DNA from: Curvularia clavata
Lineage: Eukaryota
DNA length: 64,000 nt
Direction: 5' to 3'
NCBI GenBank assembly: GCA_023920165.1
Contig: CP089281.1
Location: 992,001-1,056,000, forward strand
Positions 34,888 to 48,771 of the stretch are shown here, in pieces. The translations under genes and the position numbers were made by a program. Below the pieces are notes generated by a model. That model saw only the letters and a program-made list of their open reading frames with translations. It ran no database searches and was not told the origin of the DNA. The stretch's first letter is position 1; each line of letters opens with the position of its first letter.

Positions 34888-36757
34888 TTACTCCAGGATC
34901 ACCTTCCACTGTGCCGCCGCGTGACGTGCGTTTGCACCGTAACGGATAAGGAGCACTGCTCCCAAGGTCACCACTCCTGCAAATATCCCCGCCATTGCGC
35001 CGAAGGCGTTCACATAGCCATCGTTGTTGACCCAAGGTACTACGCCGTAAAGAAAGCCAAAAGCCACGATATTCTTCAACCCATTGATGAGCAATAGGAC
35101 ATCCGAGTTGACTGGATACGCGCAGTCACTAGCGTACGCCATCGTAATTGTTGGAAGCGCCGTCAGTGAAACTGAAACCATACCGTAGCCAAAGAAAAGT
35201 GATATCCATGGGAGCGCATTCTGCACACCATAACCGAACAAGATACAGCCAGCTGTAGTAAGTACTAGTGGAATGGCTACCATATACAGTCGACTTTCAG
35301 GCTCATAGATGCCAAGGTACTTTTTGGTCCGCCATTTGCACCACATATCTACAAGGTCACCTAGACGCCATTAGCAAAGTCTACAATAAACAAGGTCCAG
35401 CTTTATCTCACCTCCGGCCCAGGATCCAAACATGTTACCCAAGATGCCGGGAATGTTGATGAGGCCATTGATCTGCGGGCTCCAGTTATAAGGTGGTGCC
35501 TGAAGAACGAATGGATTGAGGATGTTGACTGCGACCGTAAGAACGAGCGAAATTGAGTAGCAGAGAAACGCATAAATGGCTGCTGGGTATACGATCATTG
35601 GAAATGGCCTAACGAACGTCAGCAAAACACACCTCCATACTCGGATACTACTCACCGGACAAACATCTTCGCTAGGTTGGTTTCAGCAGTCCCAGACCAC
35701 AGACTAAGGTTTTTTCGCCATGTTTTCTTTGGTAGCTGATTCAGCGACACTCTAGTAGACGATCCTTGTGGCGACTTGTCATCAGTCACAGCGATCCTCT
35801 CATTCGGCGTGTCGTTTGGAGTGCAGGAGGCCACGCTATCACGGCCAATTTCACGCCGGTATCTGGTTTCAGGGACGAAGAGAAGAATTGTGAGGAAATT
35901 CAGTGCAGTGAATATCACGGAGATCCACTTCTGCCATCGCCAGGACAGATTTGACACAATAAAGCCACAAACCAAAGGGCCCACTGTGTTACCGCCTGCG
36001 ATGGCATTCCTGGTACATGTTAGAAACAGTATTTTTAAAATCAGACAAAGAAGGAAAGGGCGCTCTTACATGTATATACCCATCTTGGCACCTCGCTCGT
36101 GCAGGAAGTACAGGTCCTATATGGTGCATGAGCTAAAATGAAAACAGGAGTATTCACTGGTGTGCAAAAGAGAAAAGAACTTACGTTCACCATAGATGCA
36201 CCCAATGCCTCTGTGGAAGACCCCGCGAACGCTGCGACAATGTTGCTACCAAGCAAGCTCCCATATGAGGTTGCGACAGCGCCCCAGATATAAGAGGCAC
36301 AGAGCAAACCGCTTGCTACCACGAAAACAGGCCGCTTACCAAAGTAATTAGCCATTGGCACCCAGAAGAAATTGAAAGCGCCAAGGACCAGAATGGGATA
36401 GAGCAGCAAGTGCGAGATTTCGTCCATAGTCTTGTCGAACTCAATGGACAGAATGTAAAAGGCCGGCGCTAAGCCACCGATACCGAAATTGGTCAAAAAC
36501 GTGAAGGCGCACACTGATGCGAACGCGACATGTTTCTGCCACAGCGGCCAGCGGAGAGGATCATTGGGGTCGTTTGGCGAGGGCTGTGGGTGCAATACGA
36601 TGCTGGCTGAAGATTCACCAGTGCTGGCTACAAATCACACTTGTTAACTTCATTACACCAAAACGGCGCAACGATTACGGAGCATTCAAAACCTACTCTT
36701 ATGCAACACCACGGTGCCATCAGTCCTGTCCAAATCTCTCATACAAATGAAGCGCAT
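34888..36757 (-). CDS. MFS transporter (DHA1/HOL1-like)
   Basis: Six exons joined via canonical introns. Motifs PQPSPNDPNDPLRW, FGKRPVF, DLYFLHERG, WRWQKW and EPESRL. Start could be 36757 or 36742. Confidence 0.9.
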
Positions 36758-38999
36758 GTTTGCCGAAAATAAAAACGTGCTGAGACGTTCAATTCGGATA
36801 AGAAATCGATACCCAGGACCAGAACCAGGAATTTTCGGTCTTTGCCGCCTCTCCTTTTGGTGACATGAAAGAAAATGGCTTTCAAGGTCAGGCAGACACA
36901 AAGAGTGCAGGGAGCTGCGGTTGCAGCGTCAGGTCTATGTATGTTCTCGGCTTATCTGCTCAGCGCATCGGAGTTCTCCATATGCACCTGCGCCCTCGTT
37001 GTCCTTTGACACCATAACCCCTTGCATATGTATAGGCTGAATGTTTTTGTTTCGGCTCGTCTGGTTGGCTGGACCATAGTGCACGATTATCGTGGGGGGC
37101 TGAATGATGCATGAATGTCGGGGTGTGCGGGGGGCCGGCCACCATGCCGTGCTTGTCTTTGGATCGACGGCTAGTAGGCTAGGGCAATGGGTCCCAATAC
37201 GTGATACATGATCCCACGGTCAGCTCTTCAAAAGGAAAGTTGCACGCAACGCCGAACACGAAAGGAGTAAGGGTGGCATCATGGGAACGGAGTCTCAGAA
37301 CCTGGTCGCCGGTTGTTCGTGGGCGGCTGCATGGACCTCGTCTCGCACATGCCTTCTCGTGGTGCGTTCGGCGGCCTATTGCCATCAGAATATCCGTGCC
37401 TTGGCTATGGCGTCGAGGAATGCGGTTTTCAACTGTAAGAGATATGAATCTTAGTTTGTTGAAGGCGACAAGAAGACAAATCTATTTCATCCTAATCAGA
37501 CAACCGGCATGAAGCAGTCATGCTCAGTCATGCGCAGTACATATCGCCAAGTACATGTGCCAAATTGAGTATGTATCCACAGCGATACTTGGCGTACCCT
37601 ACCCCAGAAGCATCATCCTATCATAGCAACATGCCGTTTTCGTTTTGCTAAGGTAAATATTCGTTCCTGGATCCGCGGACGCAATCACCCCAGCACTTCT
37701 AATACTTACGTTCCAAACACTGACCCTTCTCCTTATTCTAGCTAGCTTATTAGGCGCCAGATCCCCGACACAGAAAGTTCGATCGAAAATCTACGTTTAA
37801 TGTTATTCAACAGCCGCCCGGCTCAGGAGGTGTTCGTGCTGTAGGTATGGCCAGTGCTGAGATGTGTTACGTATGGTACAAGATCTGAATATCCCGCCGC
37901 GGATGATACCCTGCACAGCGCCGGATGCCAATCCTGAACATTGCACGTACTCTGCAGGGTATTCGAACGGCGACTGAACCGCCTGATCGCTACGGCAATC
38001 CATCACGCTATGAGAATAGTGGTCTTTGCATCAGCCGCGATTCTTTGGTCTGCTCCACACCGAATCTAGGATTGGACCAATACTCTCTATGGGGCTGCAT
38101 GTGTTTCATATCTTCAAGAGGTCCTGCAGACTGCAACTCCTGCAGTAGCAGACGTTTCCCCATGGTAACTGAAGGATATCCTCGGGTGTAGAGACTGGTG
38201 GGCGGTTACACCCTCGCAATGCTGTACCACAACTCTAGGGCTCAATCGAATACTTCAAGCCTGGTCTCACAGCGGTACAAGTGGGTTTAGACAACAACGG
38301 CCTCCACGGCCGTCTAGCTTGATCGAGTAATTTTGCTGCCAGATTCCGATGGTGTCGACTGAGAAGATCATCATGACCACTGCCACAGGCTGCAAATCAT
38401 GCTGCTGGAGTGGATATGGAGTCAGAGCCCAATGGTGTTGTTGCTCGACAGATGCCATCGTGCAAGAGTCATGTTGACAAGCCAATGCACGTTACTGTTA
38501 CTTTTTCTTGCTCCGAGCTCCCCCGCTACACTGGGTCGCAAACGACGCCTTGCGTCCTATTATGGGGCGCATACAGGACATGGCACATTGCATCTTACCA
38601 TGAGCGACCAAAGACACGCCGACATGTCGTGCCCGTTACGCATCCATTGAACTACGATCAATAGAGCACAGCACAGTCTGACTCGGGCAAGTGGGACACA
38701 CGGTAACACACGTTCCTGCCACTCGTCCCTCGACGAAATCCCAAACTTGCCCTTGTCCCTGCCTATTGGCTGGCCTTGGCCGGCTTGTTTTGGTGGGACC
38801 AATTCCGACTTGATAAACAAGCTGTCTCGACTCTGGGTCCTCCTCGCATGTTGAACATTGTGCAACTTTATCTCGTGTTGCTGAACCAAATCTTCATATC
38901 AAGGCCTCCTCCCTTCCGCGGATAGGGCTCTAATCTCTCACTTCTCTCGTCAACTTTTTTTCACTCTGTCTTCCTCGTGTGCTTGATCACATTTAAAAG

Positions 39000-40160
39000 A
39001 TGGACTCTTCAACAACGAAGAAAGGAGCAACAAACACATCCTGGCCTTCGACAGCAACCGTAGTATCCCCGCCACCCAAGAGCCCTCTGTCGCCTTGTTC
39101 GCCGGACAAGACAGCCGAGTTATGGGATCGATACGAGAAACTGGCTCTAGAGAAGGCGACAGAAAGAGACCAGCTGAACAATCGACGAAGCGAACAGTAT
39201 CATGGCTTGCCATCACGAACGAAGCTCGATTCCAATTCCAGCCGCAGACACACTGCCATGCCTTCGACAACAGCGTCGATCTGCAAGACATGCCAGCATC
39301 CCATTACATATGCCTCTGGTATCTGTGAGCGCTGCATCAAAACGATTGTGGTTCTCAGAAAAGCCGGAGAGACAACACCGCCTCTGAGTCCCACCGAAAG
39401 CACCACGGGCTTCACCGACGCCGGCAGCCCTTCGCAGGCCACACCACGCTCAGAAGTCATAACACCCAGCTACTCATCGCCAAAGCGCCCATCCTTCTGC
39501 CCTCTCCCCTCACACGCTGCCCCCGCCTTACTTAACCGCTGCAAGAAATCCCCGAGCGAACCCAGCCAGCCATCGCTCCACCTCGACACCACATCGCCGC
39601 CCTACACGACACGGTCTCAAGTCAGCTCCCCGCCCATGACGCCGACATCGCCACACTATGCGTCTCCCGTGGCACCCCCAACCGCGCACTCCATCTGCTC
39701 GACGCGCCGCTCCAGTCTGGCAAACGTAACCATGGTTCCTAAACCAGCCTACCTACATGTCCGCAACGACAGCGGCACCCCCTCTGAATTCAGCACGCTA
39801 TATCAGACCATTTCGACTGCGACTACGCCGCCCGGCAGTCTTCATCGGTTTGGGTATCCGCTGCAGAATGCGACGAGTGTGTGGGATGATTGGGATACCG
39901 AGGAGGAAGAGGAAGAGGAGCCAGAGGTTGAAGCCGATAGAGCGGGGATATCGTCGTGGATGGGAAGAAGGAAAGGCAAGGCAAGGGGTGGGAAACCCAG
40001 TTTGGAGCAGTCGGTTGAAGGGGCGTGTGGTGAGGGGGAGCAATCAAGAACCGAGGGCAGTGTGAGGATAAGGGGGGGAAGTGCGAGTGTGGTGACGGAA
40101 AAGGTGAGGAAGCCGAGTGGAATTATCAGGGCATTGAGCTGTGGGTGCGGTGCTGAATGA
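39000..40160 (+). CDS. Hypothetical Ser/Pro/Thr-rich protein with CxxC-x10-CxxC knuckle
   Basis: 386 aa ORF downstream of a pyrimidine-rich leader; contains CKTCQHPITYASGICERC, WDDWD plus an acidic run, and C-terminal LSCGCGAE. Confidence 0.7.
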   Translation: MDSSTTKKGATNTSWPSTATVVSPPPKSPLSPCSPDKTAELWDRYEKLALEKATERDQLNNRRSEQYHGLPSRTKLDSNSSRRHTAMPSTTASICKTCQHPITYASGICERCIKTIVVLRKAGETTPPLSPTESTTGFTDAGSPSQATPRSEVITPSYSSPKRPSFCPLPSHAAPALLNRCKKSPSEPSQPSLHLDTTSPPYTTRSQVSSPPMTPTSPHYASPVAPPTAHSICSTRRSSLANVTMVPKPAYLHVRNDSGTPSEFSTLYQTISTATTPPGSLHRFGYPLQNATSVWDDWDTEEEEEEEPEVEADRAGISSWMGRRKGKARGGKPSLEQSVEGACGEGEQSRTEGSVRIRGGSASVVTEKVRKPSGIIRALSCGCGAE

Positions 40161-40197
40161 GCAGTCTCTCTCTTCGTTGCTTCTTCCTTTTCCTATT

Positions 40198-40217
40198 GGG
40201 GGGGGGGGGGGGGGGGG
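40198..40217. repeat. Poly-G tract (G20)
   Basis: Direct reading, about 40 bp after the 40160 stop codon. Confidence 0.9.
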
Positions 40218-43200
40218 TTTGCTTCCGTATACTAACTCTGTTTGGGGATTTGCTAACGCTACACTCTTTACCTTCTTTCCTATGTCAAAAAGGCGTTGTG
40301 GTGTACATATACACGGGTGGGGTTTGATCTTTTTCCTTTCTTCCTTTCACGCATATACTTACATCACCTCCTTTGTATATGCTAGAGAGGGGACAGGGGG
40401 TGGGCTGGCGCAAAGGAATAGATAGAGATATATTTACAGAATATGGTTAATGTTCTAGTAGTAATGAAGAAAATTTCAAAGCAAAGAATATGCTTCATTT
40501 GGAGGTTAAAAGTGATGGGGTTTAAGCATGGTCGCAAGGTGGTATGGGTATAAGGGGGCAATCGTAGTTGTGTGATAAAACCTTGTTGTACTGAAGACGA
40601 CGAGGTAGGCTAGATTGCCAAGGCCGAATTGGTATACTTTCATATTTTACACTACAAGATTAGGATAAGCACTGATACATTAGTCAGTGTGCTTGCTCTT
40701 GTCGTGAATAAAGTTAGTGTTTTGATAGTTTAACCTTGGGCATATACGGCAAGGGGCAAGGCGTGTTTGATTTTCTGTATGTAAAGAGGCGAGAAAAGAG
40801 CTTGTCATACGCCGATGCCACTTTGTTTTGGGTTGTTTTAGGTCTATATCGGCAATCGGAGACATTTGATTCTTCTTTGGTTTGCCGATAGTCCTAGCTA
40901 AATGTTAAGCGTGTCATCGGGTACAGTCGGGCTTGAAAACGGGATTGGACAAACACATGGCAGGCCCAGGGCCCTCGGTTCCTATACAAAGTCGTTCATG
41001 TGCTTAACTTTTGCAGGTGTGCAACGGAGACGTCGGTAACGACGGGTAGGCTAGTACGTAATATCCAGCGGTCCAGGAGAAAACAACGGGCATTTGCCAC
41101 AGCGATGTGGGTGTGCAGATAACGCTACTGAAGCCCAACAAGATACAACCGTAGACGGCTCGCGGCTCGGAGCGGACGTGGCATTGGAGTCGACGTGGCA
41201 GTGTCGAATAATGGTAAGCAAAAAATGTATATTGCATTGACGGACGTACGTGGTCTCAGGCGCATGCTAGATATGCGGGACTCGGCATTGTCTTTGCCGG
41301 ACAAGTGTCCATGGCCAGTGAGGAAGCAGGACGATCTACTCCATGTTGCATGCTGGAAGCCGAAAATGACGAGGTCAATAGAAGGATGCAGGGATCTGCA
41401 GGGTAAGCGAAAAACATGTTACTGAAAGCGGCTAGCGTAGGACGACGGGATGGAAAGATTGGCATGGATGGGAATTGGGACCTCGTATCTGGGATGAACA
41501 TGTGCACCTGGAGACAATGGATGCAACGCTAGTTAACCATTGCTTTTACAAGACGACATGAGTGTCAACGATGGGCTGACGGAAGGAGGGGGCGTGTTAG
41601 TTTTGGCTTTCGGGTGGCGTCAGGCAGGCGATGATGTGCTGCAACGGTTGACGGAGCGAGGGAGCCAGCCGAAGAAATGTCAGACGGCGCGAGAGGCTAA
41701 AGTTAAGGCCAGAAATTAGCGATAAGCCACAGGGAGTCGGTGGTGGACCAGCGGGCCGACGCCATCAACGAGGTCGCACAGGGCAACGACGGCGCTTGGT
41801 TAGGAGGGAGCGTGAGAGAAGTGGAAGAATATCGATGTATCAGGCCAGCATGGGACAACGGGCGGGCAAGAAATGTAACGAGGGCGCACCGGCCATGCAG
41901 GGCAGCATGGAAACGTCACAGCAGAGCGAAATAGGGCTGGGAAAAAGGCGGAGGCGGTGGCGGTGCTAGTGATGAAGGCTGGGGGAGACGTGGACGCACA
42001 TGGGCCGGCCAAATTTCCATGAGTGCTGGATAGGGAAGGAACGATGGCGCTTTGCGGTGGGGCAGCCGGACTTGGCAGGTGCCATGTTGATGTGGATTTG
42101 CTTGCCCTTGGGCACAAGGCCCGCCCATGTGCTGGGGAGCAATTTCCCAAGTACGAAGTTTCATCGTTTTGCATTGGGGAGAGGAGCAGAGCGTGCATTG
42201 TAGTGCTGACGCCGCTGACGGAGGGTTTACACTACTAGAGCCGGTCGCAGGCGGCAGAGGCTGGTTCGCCTGGACAGTTAGTTAGTAGGTAGTTGGGTGT
42301 GGCCATGGCTCCCGCTGGCCGATGGTACTATGGCCGTCGTCAAGCGCGGAAGCGGCGACCCGGCGGCAGGCGTGAGCGGATTGGGAGCGCTGATTCAGGC
42401 CCGAATGAACACGCTTCTAGAACGCTGATTTGCGCGTCTTGTACGTAACTTGTTCATGTCGGAGTCTTGGTGTCTTGGACGCTGGGTCGCAATCTCGGGC
42501 GCTGGTGGTGCGGTGAGACGGCGGGCAGGAGCGTCAGGTTGTGCCTGCCTGCGGTTGCAAGTCAGGGGTAAACACCGGCTAGGCCGGGACAGGCGGCCGC
42601 TGTGGAGCAGGGCTGCAAGGCATCCATTGGCGTGATTGGGCGTGCCTTGCAATCTCTTCACTGCAATCCTTCGCTCTTGAAGCTTAGCTGGTAGGCGAAG
42701 GCTTGACTGTGCCGGTGGCTTGGTGACAGCGCACCACCGTTGCCGAGGGCTGCCAGGCGTTTGGGCTACCACTTGACAGTCTACACCTCAGTCGTTGCAC
42801 ACATACACTCGCTCACAAACACACAGACAAGCAACAAACAAACACACTAGTCGCAATCACGCCCGCAGCTGCTTATCCTCCCCGCCCTGAGCCGCCATCC
42901 GCCGCCCGGCGCAATGGCATAGGGCGTCGTCAACCAATCCCTGCGCCCAGAAATAGAAAATCCACAAGCCCACTCCCCGCGATGATCCAACCGCCCTGGG
43001 CCAGCATTGGCTGACGCTCCCCCTGAAGCCCGCCCTGCCACCAGATACCGTCATTGGCCAGGGCGCAAGAATCGACGTCCGTCTGTCTTTTGCCCGTCAC
43101 GGCCGAGCCCATGACTAGCCAGCCTGAACCGCCTCGTATAGCCTGTTTCGACCACAGGTACTTGAGCCCACGCTTGCCCGCCTGCGAATTTCCCTCCTCA

Positions 43201-43368
43201 CCCGCTGTAGGCTCCTCTCAAGCCCGCTGCCTTCAGCTCCGTCCTTCTCTTACCCACGACACTCGTTCCATCCAAGCCGTCTTGGCCGCTGTCACTCGTT
43301 TCCAGCGCCCTCGACCTGCTCGCCTAGTCACCCGCGTCAATAATTCTTAATTCTCCTCACATCAAACG

Positions 43369-43663
43369 GTAAGCCTTTTTGTTCTTTCGGCACCCAAGCT
43401 CAGTAGTAGTCTCAACAACGGCTTCATCATGCCTTGCCTTCGACAGCCCCTTGTTTTCCCCGCCAAACACTCGACCATCAAGCCATCACATGTCTCCTGA
43501 TATGCCCAGTCCCTCATCCACACTCCCTATATATCCGTGCCCCTGCTGCACTGCCCCTCACTGCACTTTTGCCTCTACATTCGTTGCTCTGTTCCCTACT
43601 CAACAGAGTCTCCATGGTCACTTGACCACTGTGCCCACATCTGGCTGACACATCTGCTTTCAG
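43369..43663 (+). other. Probable 5'-UTR intron of the copper radical oxidase gene
   Basis: GTAAGC donor, GCTGAC branch point and TTTCAG acceptor ending 14 nt before the start ATG, which sits in a CCACCATG context. Confidence 0.6.
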
Positions 43664-43677
43664 GATAAAGCACCACC

Positions 43678-46177
43678 ATGAGGCCTTCTGTCTACGGCCT
43701 CGGCCTTCTCGTTGGTGTGGCCTCGGCCAACATCAACTTCAACTGGGTGAACCCTACCTGCGACTTCAAGGACCCTAACAACCAGAGATGCTTGACCGGC
43801 CAGCACTGCTCCGAGGTCAACACGTGAGTCGATTCATGAACTGCACCCACAGAATCCCATCATCTAACCTCCTTGCAGCTGTGTTCCTAATGACGCCAGC
43901 GAGTTCTCCAAGATCTCGTCTCGATCTGGCATGCTTTACGCTCCTGTCAAGCGTCAGAACACAAAGTACTCCCAGGATGGCAAGTGTGGTGCCCAGAACG
44001 GTAACCTGCTCTGCGACCCCAAGAGCACAGTCTACACCGGCAGCTGCTGCTCGCAATATGGCTGGTGTGGAAACACTCCAGCCCACTGCAGTGACGGCTG
44101 CCAGTCTGGCTGCGGCAACGACGACCCTACCGCCACTCCTGCCGCCACCACCCCCGCCAACTCTGGTGTCAGGGATGATGGCCGCTGTGGAAAGGACTTT
44201 GGTGGCGCTACTTGCGATCCCAAGGGTGCCTATGGTGGTTGCTGCTCCGAGTACGGATACTGTGGTACCACTGACGGTCACTGCCTCAAGGCCAACGGCT
44301 GCCAGAACGGCTGCAAGGACGGTGATGCTTCTGCAACCACCCCTTCTCCCGTCACCAACACCCGTCCTCCATCCACTAGCACATCCGGCGAGCCTGTCCT
44401 TGGAAAGCCAACTACCCCCAGCAACCCCAACGGTATCCCCACCACTGACGGAAGCTGTGGTGCCAAGTTCGGCAACACTGTTTGCGGAGACTGGGCTCAG
44501 GGCAGCTGCTGCAGCATGTACGGCTATTGTGGTAACACCACTGCTCACTGCGGTGAGGGTTGCCAGAGCGGTCCTTGCAACCAGGCTCCCACTGTTCCCG
44601 CCCCCGGTGCCAGCCCTGCTCCTGCTGCTGCCAAGCCTGGATCCATCGCTCTCAAGGGCCGATCTGGTGTTCCTGCCATGCACGCTGGTCTCATGCCCAA
44701 CGGTCGCGTTGTCTTCCTTGACAAGGTCGAGAACTACACTGAGCTCAAGCTTCCCAACGGCCAGTACGCTTACTCTTCTGAGTGGGACCCCGTCACCGGC
44801 GACCTCGTCCCCCTTGCCTACAAGACCAACGCCTTCTGCTCTGGCGGTATCTTCATGGCTGACGGCCGCTTTGTTTCTCTTGGTGGTAACGCTCCTCTTG
44901 ACTTCATTGACCCCACCGTTGGCGATGGTTTCAAGGGCATTCGCTTCCTCGAGCGCTCGTCCACCGACGCATCCAAGAACGGAAAGGCTTGGGTCGAGCC
45001 TGGTACTCAGCTCGACACTCCTCGCTGGTATGCTTCCGCCCAGATTATGCCCGATGACTCCATCTTTGTTGCATCTGGCTCCCTGAACGGTCTCGACCCC
45101 AGCAAGCCCGAGAACAACAACCCTACCTATGAGATCCTGAACGCCGACGGTACTCCTCGTGGCAAGAGCTACAACATGGAGATTCTCAGCAAGAACCAGC
45201 CCTACTACATGTACCCCTTCATGCACTTGATGAAGGATGGCAACGTCTTCGTCGCTGTCGCCAAGTCTGCCGAGATCTTCAAGGTTGAGACTGGCACCGT
45301 TGTCCGCATGCTGCCTGACCTCCCCGGCACCTACCGTACCTACCCCAACACCGGTGGATCCGTCATGCTTCCTCTGTCCAGCGAGAACAACTGGAACCCC
45401 GACATTGTCATCTGCGGTGGTGGCCCTTACCAAGACATCACTGCTCCTGGTGACGCCTCCTGCGGTCGCATCAAGCCTCTTGATGCCAACCCATCGTGGG
45501 AGATGGACTCCATGCCCGAAGGCCGTGGTATGGTTGAGGGCACTCTTCTTCCCGACGGTACCGTCGTCTGGGTCAACGGTGCTCAGGAAGGTGCCCAAGG
45601 TTTCGGTGTTGCCCGTGACCCTGCTCTTGAGGTCCTCCTGTACGACCCCAACCAGCCCAAGGGCAAGCGCTTCACCACTGGCCCCAAGTCCACCATTGCC
45701 CGTCTCTACCACAGTGTCGCTCTCCTCCTTCTCGACGGTACCCTCCTCATCTCTGGCTCCAACCCCGTTGAGCAGCCCATCCTTACTCCTGACGCCAAGA
45801 ACCCCTACGTCACCGAGTTCCGCAACGAGATCTACACTCCCCCTTACCTCCAGGGTAACCCCACCCGTCCTTCCAACGTCCAGCTCTCCAGCAAGGACCT
45901 CAAGGTCGGCTCCACCTTCAACATCAAGTTCACTGCTCCTGTGAACGCCAAGCAAGTCAAGGTCTCGCTCTACTACGGTGGTTTCGTCACCCACTCGGTC
46001 CACATGGGCCACCGCATGGCTTTCCTTGACAACACTGGCTTCAAGGCCGGTGCCACCGCCCAGAGCATCACTGTCACCATGCCTCCTAACAAGGCTGTTG
46101 CCCCTGCTGGACCTTATGTCGTCTACGTTCTTGTCGACGGCGTCCCTGCCATGGGTCAGTTCGTGCACGTCTCGTAG
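43678..46177 (+). CDS. Secreted copper radical oxidase (AA5_1, glyoxal oxidase-like) with three CBM18 chitin-binding modules
   Basis: Exon 1 43678-43823 encodes a signal peptide; intron 43824-43878. Three hevein-type CCSxYGxCG repeats. Catalytic motifs NAFCSGG, RWY, RTYP, RLYHS and VTHS. Strong C-ending codon bias. Confidence 0.95.
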
Positions 46178-46756
46178 AGCGTTGTTTTTTTGAAAGAGCA
46201 TGAAAAAAAAGTTCTCAAATAGGCAAACATGTAGAAGTAGAAAGATGAACCATCTGCGTGGTCTATTGTATAATTCTGGAATGCAATAAGAGCATTTGCT
46301 TGTATGATGATGGCAGCTCCCGTAATTGTTTAGATGCCTGCTATTGAGATGACCTGTTGAAGAATTTTGAGACGTATCAAGAAATGAAGAAACTTAATCA
46401 ATACCTTTTTTCTTCTCCTCAGCGCGCGAGATGTCGAAACGAGAGTGGCTTTGTTACTCTTCAATCAAGTTCAAAAGTACAAAACTTTCTTCCGTACAGG
46501 ATGTACCTTACATGTACCCTATCTTCCAAATGCTAACACCATCCTTGCCTTCCCTGTTGCGTTGGATATGTTACCACTCATAATCAAGCCAAACGGGACC
46601 ATGATATTATATTCTGAGTAAAGAGAAAGAAGACGACGGCAGACGAGGAATGCCCATCCTCACATCCACAACAACATCCAAACACCCGACGCCTTAACCC
46701 CAGTTATGCTTAAGCCTCCGTCCCCCCCAAGTCACCCTTCGTTTTCCCTGTGCTTC

Positions 46757-48521
46757 TCACTCTTGATTGCCCACCTGAATCGGCATAACCCTGCCCGAAT
46801 CCACGATAATCTGCTGATCGAGCCTCTTGTCCACATCGCCATACTCGAGCCTCTTCCACGTCACAATCCGCGCTTGATTTGTATCGATTTCAAACACGCG
46901 GAGGCGGCGATGATAATGGTTGTAACCGCCGTAGCCACCGAATCCGCTGCCGCCGGCATAGCACATCCAGATTTCCGGTTCACCAGACTCTGGGTCTTTG
47001 GAAAGAGAGCAGTAGTCGTTGACGTGGTCGTGGCCACACGAGACCGACTTGATGTTGAATTCCACCAGGGCGTCTTTGAAGTGCGTGTTGAAGGCGGGTG
47101 CGGTAATGGGCTCGGTCCAGTTGCCGACGCGGTCGTTGTCGCGGCCGCCGTATTCGGGGAGGGGAATGTGGATAAAGGCCATGTCGAGGTGCTTGTGAGT
47201 GTAGTGGCGGTGTGCTTCTTTGAGGCTTTCGGCCGTGGTTTTGAACCATTCGATTTGGTTGGGCTTGATCCAGTCGTAGCCTCGGTAGTGGGCTTCGTCG
47301 GGAGAATACGAATGCGTATCGAGGAACCAGAGGGTTAGGGCAGAGTGCCGGCTGCTGTGGGCTTGGATCTCGACAAAGTAGTTGCCGACCCCTTCGATTT
47401 CACTGGGGCCGTGTTCACTAAGGGAATAGGGTAGAGAGTCGTAGAGATCCATTTGGGCTTGGCGCGAGAGTGTGCCTTCATCGTCGTGATTACCGAAGAT
47501 GGCGGCGTAGGGTATCTTGCGCTCAGCAAGAGGCTCGACAATTTTGAACATGGCCTGCAGCGTTGTCAGTGTTACACATCATAAGCAGAGAGAGGTCATC
47601 TTACGCTTTGAACATCTGGAGCTGTATCTCCGTTGATTTGGTCACCCGATAAAACAACCATATCGGGTTTCTCGTCGTCGAGCACCCTCTCGACAAACTC
47701 GATGGTTCTAGGATCAGCATCGCAATGTCCGCCGTTGGCACCCTTGGGTTCCTCGTCCCGGCATTTACCAAGACCCGTACTGAGATGCAGATCGGATATC
47801 TGCATAATCTTGAATTTGCCATCTTTTCGGATCTTGGGGACTGGCTTCTCAAGCTTAACAGCTCGTCCTCGCCGTATCGTAATGCGCGGATCTGAACTGC
47901 TGCCACCAGTATCCAGATGCAAGGGACCGTTCTTGATCAGGGCCCAGCCCGGCCGAGGCTCTACAGCATCAGAGCCAAATAATACATCAACGGCTGTTAC
48001 GGCCTGCTTGGAATCGCTCGCATGGCGCTTCAGCGATCGCTTGATCCAAATGCCTGCCGGCCTCGATTCCCATTTTTCAGACGCTTGCGTTTTGTCCCCT
48101 ATAGATGGATCGAGTTTAACTGTGCGAATATCAACAATGACCTTGTCTTCTGTGTCCAGCTCCTCTTCTCTCTTGCGCTTGACATGTACGTATGCCTTTT
48201 TGAACCATCCCTTGTCCAGGTAGAGATCCTTTTCTATGCGGTGCCACTTCTTCTGGTCTAGCATACACTTGGACAGCGGGTTGATATTTGTGCATGTCTG
48301 CACAGTGATATCGGTAATAACGAGGCCATCGTGGTGGAGTGGCAGGTGGCTGTGGACGGACTGGGGGAGGACTCGGTAGCGGTTGTCGAGGAAGAATACA
48401 GTGATGGAGAGGACAATAGTAAGGGCTATAAGCTGAATGCCCGTGCGAACCTGAGTGTGTGAGACAGTGAGGGGTAAAGGTGTGCTGTTGGTGGCGGTGG
48501 ACGTACTATGCGGCGCGTCAT
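46757..48521 (-). CDS. Calcineurin-like metallophosphoesterase, DCR2/SIA1-like, with N-terminal membrane anchor
   Basis: Exons 48521-48507, 48450-47605 and 47554-46757. Motifs SDLH, SGDQ, FGNHD, HIPLPEY and CGHDHVNDYC. Confidence 0.92.
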
Positions 48522-48771
48522 GGTGGAGGCCGTCGAGGATGCAAGTGCAGGCTCATGAAGCCAGATTCGAGTCTAGGATACGGTATTTTGGCAGCAAGTC
48601 GAACTCATGTCCATGACATGGCGCTTCGGTTCAGATCAGTAGGACGGCAAGTGTGGAGAGAGGCGCATGCACATGTGAAGAAAGTGAGAGATTGGTGTGT
48701 GTGGGATGCGCGAGGCTGTTGCGGAGAAGGCGACACCTCCGCATCTGCATCTTCGTGCTTGGTACAACGCA

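Noticed and set aside
43817..46201. 794 aa antisense ORF and 432 aa alternative-frame ORF over the oxidase gene
   Set aside because: These are shadow ORFs produced by strong C-ending codon bias; they have no recognisable motifs.
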